Source of the DNA: a virus
IMG/VR virus record: IMGVR_UViG_3300025401_000022
Coordinates: 16,309 to 80,308 of that record
Reading direction: 5' to 3' (one strand)
Length of the DNA: 64,000 bases
The notes below the pieces were generated by a model, which was given only the letters and a program-made list of their open reading frames with translations, did not search any database and was not told the DNA's origin. Position numbers and translations under genes: made by a program. Below, piece after piece: positions 57,487 through 64,000 of the stretch; within the stretch, counting starts at the first letter, position 1, and every line of letters begins with the position of its first letter.

Positions 57487-58453
57487 TACTCTGGGATGAT
57501 GATCTTGCGTACTGGCTTTTCCTTCTTCTTTTGCTCTTCTTCCATCATCTTTCTAAAAGTCGGCATCATCTCATTGACGATACCTTTAGTCATGGCTTCG
57601 GCCAATAGGCGGTGCTCCATCTCCTGCTCTGCTGTCGTCTTCTTTGTCTTCTCTTCCACTGCTTGGACAATGTTGTTACCAAACTTGCGGTGCTTTAAAA
57701 ACTGGCGAATAAAGTTATCGTTACTCATCTTTTTTAGGTGCCCCCACTTCTAATAACGCTTTAAATTGTGGCTCACCTTGCGCTTGGATCAAAGCGATCA
57801 AGCCAGCGGATGCAACGTAAGGTGCTTGTCCTAAGATGTGGAGGATTGCGTTTACTTGCTTAACGGTAAACTTAAACTCCAAAATTTCATTTTCTAATGG
57901 GTCTTGTTTTTGTACTTCGTCTGTCATTTTTTCTTACCTTTCTTTACTGTTCCGCCTAAATTGGCTAATCCTATTGCTGCTTCTCTTCTTGCTAGTTTTT
58001 CTGGGTCCGTGCAGTACTGGTCTAACTCAAACTTTCGACAATACGTATCCATCAATTTTTCCATACGCATATCGTGCAGTACCTTAATACCGAGTAAAGC
58101 ATTTGCTACTTCGTCTTCAGTCATCGGCGTAATAAAATCACAATGATGCTTAAATAATAAATCAATATCTTCACTGGTCTGCCATGCCACCATGATGGCG
58201 CCTTCTAAATCAATATGGTTGTTCATTTCATCCTCTTCTTTGCTTTTTTAAGTTCTGCTGCAAAATCTACACTAAACCACTTACCTACGGTTTCAATTGC
58301 GGGCAACATTTCTTGGTATGCAGCGATGTCGTCCTCATGCCAAAGTGTTTTATTTTTCAGTGACTGCTTCATGCTAACGTAAGAGTCTGCAAGTGAGTTA
58401 ACTACTACCTGATCTGCAAAGTCGTCATCAATTTCAATCATCATTTTCCGCAC
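57486..58453 (-). CDS. Four small coupled hypothetical ORFs (57486-57728, 57721-57927, 57924-58226, 58223-58453)
   Basis: ORF track; overlapping start/stop codons. Confidence 0.6.
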
Positions 58454-58665
58454 TCCTGTTCGTGGTTAATTCGTTTGGCTATTTCTCTTTCAATGTACCA
58501 GCGAGCCTTACGTAAGTCTTCTACTGCGTCCTTCTTCAAATCGCAGCGCCAAATATATTTCAGTGCGTTGCCAAGGTTAAAGCCCATGTGCTCAGTGATC
58601 TGAATGCACTCGATGCCACTGGGGTGGGCTGTGTAATGTTTAGGCTGGTTGACTGGATCGTTCAT
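58441..58665 (-). CDS. DUF3310 (T7 gp1.7-like nucleotide kinase family) protein
   Basis: DPVNQPKHY..IECI..GFNLGNALKYIWR..EDLRKARWY. Confidence 0.85.
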   Translation of the reverse strand: MNDPVNQPKHYTAHPSGIECIQITEHMGFNLGNALKYIWRCDLKKDAVEDLRKARWYIEREIAKRINHEQECGK

Positions 58666-58834
58666 TTCTCATTCTCCTAAGTTCGTTTTCCACAGCGACA
58701 CACTCTTCCGGGCTCTCACAAACCCAGATTCCCAGTAAATCTTTATATAGGCTAGTGTCAATATCCTCCACACCAGCAATCGTTTCCATAACATATTTGT
58801 CCTTGTACTTGTGCTCCACAATAAAGTAGCTCAT
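58640..58834 (-). CDS. Hypothetical protein
   Basis: ORF track; ATGA coupling. Confidence 0.55.
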   Translation of the reverse strand: MSYFIVEHKYKDKYVMETIAGVEDIDTSLYKDLLGIWVCESPEECVAVENELRRMRNERSSQPA

Positions 58835-59142
58835 AGCTTTAGTTCCTTTTTGATAAACTCCACGCCCTTAAGGAAGTGGTATCGCCAATACTTCTCAGAC
58901 ACGTTTGCCTCGAGGTGTGTTAATCCCTCTAAAAACGCCTCTAATACAAACCGCTCCTTGGCTGGCATCTTGTCTGCGATAAGGCGCTTGATGTCCAGTA
59001 TATCTTCTGCGCTCCACGGTAAGAAGGCCTCTACTAACTCTGTAGAGATGCCGTCGTTATCATCTTGCTCGATAGGGTCCAACTCCTCGTCAGATAGGCG
59101 AGGAGTTGCAGCGTGTACTTTGTGTTTGGTTTTTGTTCTCAT
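58831..59142 (-). CDS. Sigma70 region 3.2/4-like protein (leaderless start)
   Basis: LDPIEQDDND acidic finger; LIADKMPAKERFVLEAFLEGLT..NVSEK.....KGVEFIKKEL resembles region 4 with a shortened HTH; ATG 6 nt after the motif. Confidence 0.55.
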   Translation of the reverse strand: MRTKTKHKVHAATPRLSDEELDPIEQDDNDGISTELVEAFLPWSAEDILDIKRLIADKMPAKERFVLEAFLEGLTHLEANVSEKYWRYHFLKGVEFIKKELKL

Positions 59143-59144
59143 GG

Positions 59145-60485
59145 CTACACTAATACGCAATTTAGGTCATCTAAAAGTGCTTCTTGCAAATTTATTTTTC
59201 CGTCTAGTACTTTTACTACCTGCTCGTCAATACTATTAGACACCGTTAGGTGATGTATGATAACCGGTTTTTCTTGCCCTTGGCGGTAGATCCGAGCATT
59301 CGCCTGGATGTAGTTCTCTGAGCTCCATGGTAGATCGAACCAGACCGTCTGTGCTGTGTTTCCAACGTTGCACTGTAAATTAAGCCCGATGCCGCCGCTT
59401 TGCGGGTGGGCAAGCAGCATACGAATTTCGCCACGACGCCACGCTTCAATGTTGTCATCGTCCAGCACCACCGCCTCTGGGAACTGAAGACGTAACCGGT
59501 TGAGGCTGTGTTTGAAATGATAGAAGACAAGCGTGGGACTTGAAGATTCTTCCATGATCGACTCAAGGTATTCCAGTTTAGAGCGGTGTACTTCGTGCAC
59601 GTCTCCTTCTTCGCTATAGACCGCTCCCGATGTGAACTGGAGCAGCTTGTTCGCCAGTGCCGCTGCTGTTGGAGCTGTGATTTTTTCTTTCTTGATGTCA
59701 ACGACCATGTCTTTTCTAAGTTGGTCATACTTACTCCTTACGTTTTTGTCTAGTTCAATCTTGTGGTATAGCTTGGTACACTCGGGCAGCTGCAGATAAT
59801 CTTCGGCCTTGAGCGAGTAGCAGATGTCCTGAATCTTCTCTTGGATTTGCATGTCGGCCCCCAGCTTAAGTTTCCAGCTGTATACCACGCGGGTGTGCCG
59901 GTTGACTTGGTCTGGCACCATGTACTTGTCCCTAAAGCGGGTGAGGCTAGTCTCTAGGCGTTGGCCTAAGTCCAATATACCCACCTGAGACCAGAGATCG
60001 GACATGCCCTGAGGGGTAGGTGTACCAGTGAGGATAATACGCCGTGAGAAGCCCTTTAAATGCTTCTTGAGTGCCTTAAAGCGCTTGGTGCTGGGATCCT
60101 TAAAGCGGCTGGACTCATCAATCACTAAGTTAGTAAACACTAACTTAGGCTGAACGTCGCAGAGCCAAGCCACGTTCTCTAGGTTAATCAGGTAGATGTC
60201 TGCTTCCGAAGTCAAGCCTGACAATCTCTGCGCCGGTGTCCCCATGATCTTGGCCACTTTGAGGTGTGACAGGTGGTCCCACTTTTTTACCTCGGCGTCC
60301 CACACCGTCTCCGCTACCCTCTTTGGCGCGATGATCAAGGTCTTGCCCTGAAATTGTTCCGCAATGATGGTGAGCGTCGTCGCCGTCTTGCCCAGTCCCG
60401 GTGGCAGAAAAAGTCCCATGTTCGGGACCGTACGGGACAAATTGATAAGATGCTGTTGGTACTGGTGCAGGTCGGAGCGCTTCAC
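59145..60485 (-). CDS. SNF2-family (SF2) helicase
   Basis: PGLGKT; VIDESS; LTGTP; GGIGLNLQ; QANARIYRQGQ. Confidence 0.92.
   Translation of the reverse strand: MKRSDLHQYQQHLINLSRTVPNMGLFLPPGLGKTATTLTIIAEQFQGKTLIIAPKRVAETVWDAEVKKWDHLSHLKVAKIMGTPAQRLSGLTSEADIYLINLENVAWLCDVQPKLVFTNLVIDESSRFKDPSTKRFKALKKHLKGFSRRIILTGTPTPQGMSDLWSQVGILDLGQRLETSLTRFRDKYMVPDQVNRHTRVVYSWKLKLGADMQIQEKIQDICYSLKAEDYLQLPECTKLYHKIELDKNVRSKYDQLRKDMVVDIKKEKITAPTAAALANKLLQFTSGAVYSEEGDVHEVHRSKLEYLESIMEESSSPTLVFYHFKHSLNRLRLQFPEAVVLDDDNIEAWRRGEIRMLLAHPQSGGIGLNLQCNVGNTAQTVWFDLPWSSENYIQANARIYRQGQEKPVIIHHLTVSNSIDEQVVKVLDGKINLQEALLDDLNCVLV
59149..59158 (-). promoter_or_regulatory. Phage promoter motif within the helicase 3' end
   Basis: Exact motif; ATG at 59142. 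Confidence 0.75.
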
Positions 60486-60741
60486 AAATAAAATCCTCTA
60501 TGTCGTCGTATGTTCGTAAAATATGTACCGGAAAGCCTTGCTCCCCAAACTCATCAAAAACCAGTTCTTGTCTCTTGCTCAGCTTGCCCGTCGTCGTCTT
60601 CAGCTCCACGAATAATACTTTGGAGTTCAACAAAACTATGCGATCCGGAACGCCCGATATAGTTGATATGAATTTGAGGCTCATTCCCCCGTTTTGCTTG
60701 ACCATCTTGTTTAGTCTTTGCTCTACTTGTTTTTCTAGCAT
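60184..60741 (-). CDS. VRR-NUC nuclease (domain ~60480-60741; frame runs on into the helicase)
   Basis: EKQVE..GVPDRIV..FVELK..GKLSKRQ. Confidence 0.8.
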   Translation of the reverse strand: MLEKQVEQRLNKMVKQNGGMSLKFISTISGVPDRIVLLNSKVLFVELKTTTGKLSKRQELVFDEFGEQGFPVHILRTYDDIEDFICEALRPAPVPTASYQFVPYGPEHGTFSATGTGQDGDDAHHHCGTISGQDLDHRAKEGSGDGVGRRGKKVGPPVTPQSGQDHGDTGAEIVRLDFGSRHLPD

Positions 60742-61138
60742 GCTTGTCCTTTTCGTGCATACAAATTTTAAATATCTGTCCGGCTAGGTGGCCTGATAAA
60801 TAGGCACGCGTCTCGCCCACAAAGTTATCCTCTTCGCCTACGTGCTCGGCCAAATGATCCACAGCATGACTAACTTCGTGAGTAATCGTATCAACCAGCT
60901 CACTAAGGTTATCATTAACAAGAGATAGATCAAAAACCAAAATAATGATAGCGTCTTTGCCATCACCGATGAGGTGCGTCTCAGCAATCCCGCTGTCCAG
61001 TGCATTAGCTTTGAGAGTAACATCGTGGTCCTTTAAGATTTGTTGGAATACCTTGTCGTCAAAACATAGCTTGATGACGTCCGGAAAGAAGCCGACGTCT
61101 AGCTTATAGTAGTTGTAATTCTTTTTCTTCTTAACCAT
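60554..61138 (-). CDS. HExxH zincin-like protein
   Basis: TITHEVSHAV...ETRAYL. Confidence 0.65.
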   Translation of the reverse strand: MVKKKKNYNYYKLDVGFFPDVIKLCFDDKVFQQILKDHDVTLKANALDSGIAETHLIGDGKDAIIILVFDLSLVNDNLSELVDTITHEVSHAVDHLAEHVGEEDNFVGETRAYLSGHLAGQIFKICMHEKDKHARKTSRAKTKQDGQAKRGNEPQIHINYIGRSGSHSFVELQSIIRGAEDDDGQAEQETRTGF

Positions 61139-62989
61139 TAGTGCCTCGTATTCTTTTTACGTGAGAGCATTTCAATAATCTGCGCCTGTTCATCTTCGGG
61201 CAGTTCGTCCACTGGTGTAGAGTTGTCAAAGATCTCACCGGTCTCCGCCAGTTCAAAGATACCTCGAATTAACTTTTCCATCTCTTCTTCTGTAAGATCG
61301 TCTTCAATGTCATCAAAACAACCTTCCTCGAATGTTACTTTGAACGGCGGCTTTTTCATTTTGGCTCCTTTGCCTTTTTAACTTTAAGGGCCTCACGCAA
61401 TTCGTGTGAATGCAGTTTTTTACCTGGTTTCTTTACCTCACCAGCTTTCTTGGCAATCTTTGCAGCCTCTTTGCGATCTGCAAACTGGCCAGTAGAAAGC
61501 AAGAACCCACGCTTGTCTGCGTTTTTTGGGCGGCCGGCTTTCTTCTCAATCTCTTCGTGTGAGTAAGCAGGTGTGTCTTTTAAGATCTTACCTGACTTTT
61601 CTTTTACCGCTGGTTCAACTACTTTAATCTTTGTTGCCATTTTGGTTCCTTTCTACGTGCCATTTGCACAGGTCTTTGTAATATTTGATGCTTGCTTCAT
61701 ACTCTTTGTAGCGTGTTTCGTAAATCTCTTGTTGTTCTTTTAGGCTTTTGTCCTTTGGCCGCATCACAAGGCCGATCAGAAAGCCGATGAAGAACGCTAG
61801 TCCTATCTCAGTCATCTAATTCCCCTACCATTTGTTTTACAGTATCCCAATCAGTTTTTTGTTCAAGATTGCCCTTATGATCTGCGCACCAAAAGCTATT
61901 AAGAAACTTATTAGTGTCTTTCATACGTTCCCACTCACGCACTCGGTACTTATATAGTTTAGTCCATGGCATGCGATTTGCTTGTAGTTTAACCCACCAC
62001 ACGTACAGTTTGGTTTTCATAGTTTCACCTGATTCTCTTCTGCCCACAGTAATGCCTCGGCCAGCTCTTTGTACCGGCTGGGGTCTATCACCTCACACTT
62101 GCCGTCTGCTGTAAAGCGCAAGAAGCCTTGGCCGTAGATTAGTGCGTTGTGCATGACGTGGTTGTAAAGTTGCACTGCATCTTGTTCGTTCATAGCTCTT
62201 CCTCTTTGGTTTCGTTGCTGTATTTAAAGAGCGGTGTGATCTCCGCAACATAGCACTCAAAGTAACGTGCTTGACCCTTTGCAAACTCTCTCGCCTTGTG
62301 CAGTGTACCAAACTCGGTTGCTTGCCATGTTGTGTGCAGAAAATAGTTAACATCATCAAGCATTTCTTTTGGCTTATTGAAGTACACCACATACTTAGTG
62401 GTTGTGATCTTCTCTTCTTTTTGTTTTGTTTTAAATGGGTTCTTCATATATTTCTCCAATATGTATCGTTGGGGTTAGCCAGCATGCTGGCAATAAGTTT
62501 GTCTACAGTGGGGAACCACTGGATGACTTTGAGCCCGTCTGCTTGGTAGATGGTGAAGCTCATTGTTCTCTAACTTTCAACATTTCATCAGCGTATTGAT
62601 ATGCTAACACCGCTGGCTCTTCGTCAACAGAATAGTCGCAGGCCAATATACCTTGTAGTGCTGCGGCTGCAAAATAGTCACGCAAATCCATTCCGTTGTA
62701 TATGTCATTGTATTTACTTGATGCTGGAAACGCTTTCATTCTATTCTCCTATTCCGTGGGCTCGCTCGATGGCACGGGCGAACTTTAATGCGTCAAACCG
62801 CAATTGAAAGTCTCTGTTGCCTTGGTCATGAAACAACCTCAATATCTCTGATTCTAACAGTGGTCTTGCTGTTGTTTGTTCAATATAAATCCAACCGGAC
62901 TCAACAGAATCATTTGCAAATTTTACTTTAGTTACGCCCAACGCATCACGTTGTGCATCTTGCCGGTCTTGTGTGGTAAAGGTGGTCAT
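61138..62989 (-). CDS. Cluster of small hypothetical ORFs (61138-61359, 61356-61640, 61624-61815, 61808-62020, 62017-62193, 62190-62459, 62560-62739, 62741-62989)
   Basis: ORF track plus manual reading; coupled overlaps; 62560-62739 has GMDLRDYFAAAALQG. Confidence 0.55.
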
Positions 62990-63426
62990 TTCTCTTGTGC
63001 CTTTCTTAGTATTGCTCTAGCAAAATCATGGATTTCGTATAATCTTTTTTCACCAAATGGCGCACTGACTTCTTTGTATACCTGACTTATTTCCTCATCT
63101 GTTAAGTCTAACTTTTTTGTACAATTACACACTTTTTCGTACAAATCGGTGTTTTTTTCAACTTTTTTATTTGCTGGATGGGTGTAGAGTGGAATACTAA
63201 ACCTTCCTATATTCAAAGTGCTTACTTCAAATGACTCATCACTCATCCACGCTACTGGTTTAGTATTTACTTTGTTATTGCCGTCAGATTTACTTTGTTT
63301 TAACGCCTCTATTTCAGCTTGTTGCTGGCGTACAAAGTCTGCATATTGCTGAAATGGTTTGCCTTTTCCATCGCCCTGTATCCAATAAATGTTTTCTAAT
63401 TCATCAGCTATTTGTTTTGCGTTCAT
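62986..63426 (-). CDS. Modular paralog 1 (LTDEEI...FARAILRKAQEK family)
   Basis: Shares modules with the next two ORFs. Confidence 0.7.
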   Translation of the reverse strand: MNAKQIADELENIYWIQGDGKGKPFQQYADFVRQQQAEIEALKQSKSDGNNKVNTKPVAWMSDESFEVSTLNIGRFSIPLYTHPANKKVEKNTDLYEKVCNCTKKLDLTDEEISQVYKEVSAPFGEKRLYEIHDFARAILRKAQEK

Positions 63427-63752
63427 TTCTCATTAGCCTTTCTTAATATTGCTCTAGCAAAATCCATAACATTCAAATCATTAGAAAGCCTTAATCCATG
63501 CTGGGGCTGTATTGTTTCTATTGAATTGGCAATTTTGTATATTTCCTCATCTGTTAGTTCACGCATTTCTAATGCTACGGCTCTTTGATGTTGTTCTTCT
63601 GCAAAATTTTGAATAAATCTATTTGCATTTTTTAAATTTTCTATTTCAGCTTGTTGCTGGCGTAGCATGGTGGCAGCTTCTTTACTTACTGGACATGGGT
63701 ATTCTTTTCCATAACAGTAATCTAATTCATCAGCTAGTTCGTTTGCGTTCAT
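63423..63752 (-). CDS. Modular paralog 2
   Basis: MNANELADEL, RQQQAEIE, LTDEEI, FARAILRKANEK. Confidence 0.7.
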   Translation of the reverse strand: MNANELADELDYCYGKEYPCPVSKEAATMLRQQQAEIENLKNANRFIQNFAEEQHQRAVALEMRELTDEEIYKIANSIETIQPQHGLRLSNDLNVMDFARAILRKANEK

Positions 63753-64000
63753 TTTTCTTGTGCCTTTCTTAGTATTGCTCTAGCAAAACTTAAAACATTT
63801 AATTCATTACATAACCTTACTCCATAAGCTAAATCAATAGGTTCTATTTCAGATGCAATAGCCCATATTTCCCCATCTGTTAGTGTCTTTGCTGGATGGG
63901 TGTAGAGTGGAATACTAAACCTTCCTATATTTAAAGTGCTTACTTCAAATGACTCATCACTCATCCACGCTACTGGTTTAGGACTTGGTAAATCAATTTC
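63749..64000 (-). CDS. Modular paralog 3, partial (start beyond right edge)
   Basis: PVAWMSDESFEV..IPLYTHPA, LTDGEI, FARAILRKAQEK. Confidence 0.65.
   Translation of the reverse strand, partial: EIDLPSPKPVAWMSDESFEVSTLNIGRFSIPLYTHPAKTLTDGEIWAIASEIEPIDLAYGVRLCNELNVLSFARAILRKAQEK

Noticed and set aside
10230-59160. Several ORF-track proteins starting MRIS (10230, 51399, 59160)
   Set aside because: Artefact of translating (T/G)TG-CGT-ATT-AGT in the promoter motif; true starts are downstream
62986-64000. Diversity-generating retroelement TR/VR pair
   Set aside because: No reverse transcriptase in the window; the long repeat differs at only one synonymous position and both copies are coding
1-64000. 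tRNA/rRNA genes, integrase/att site, stop-codon recoding, twister or pistol ribozymes
   Set aside because: No T-loop/cloverleaf, recombinase motif or such ribozyme cores found by eye; genes are intact in the standard code; tRNAscan and cmscan would be needed to exclude them fully

Overview
The window is most or all of a tailed dsDNA phage genome. It is podovirus-like: TerL, a portal with a long coiled-coil C-terminus, MCP, tail tubular proteins and ejection proteins are present, but no tape measure or tail tube is recognisable. The host is probably Gram-negative, because there is an Rz/Rz1-type spanin pair. Layout: minus-strand prim-pol/SF3 helicase (496-2805); an origin-like block (~2850-3240); a minus-strand cluster of small early genes (3240-9000) with a truncated sigma70-family factor and a type II hammerhead ribozyme; a non-coding divergence region with an inverted second origin-like block (~9000-10230); a plus-strand morphogenesis/lysis arm (10248-48998); and a minus-strand replication/accessory arm (48986-64000) with PolA, NrdJ, SSB, Cas4-like nuclease, endonuclease VII, TerS, SNF2 helicase and VRR-NUC. 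Best candidate for an undescribed system: a split sigma factor, with regions 1.2-3 at 4022-4585 and a region 3.2/4-like ORF at 58831-59142. It is accompanied by 14 co-oriented copies of GCGTATTAGT that fall into two classes. Six copies carry GGGCG exactly 15 nt upstream and precede morphogenesis genes; the other eight lack it, and three copies in total give leaderless ATG starts. Other notable items: a free-standing, catalytically degenerate intein coupled to TerL; three glycosyltransferases between two (Ser-Gly-X)n fibre genes; and several structured RNA leaders. All calls were made by eye from the sequence and ORF track; no database searches were run.
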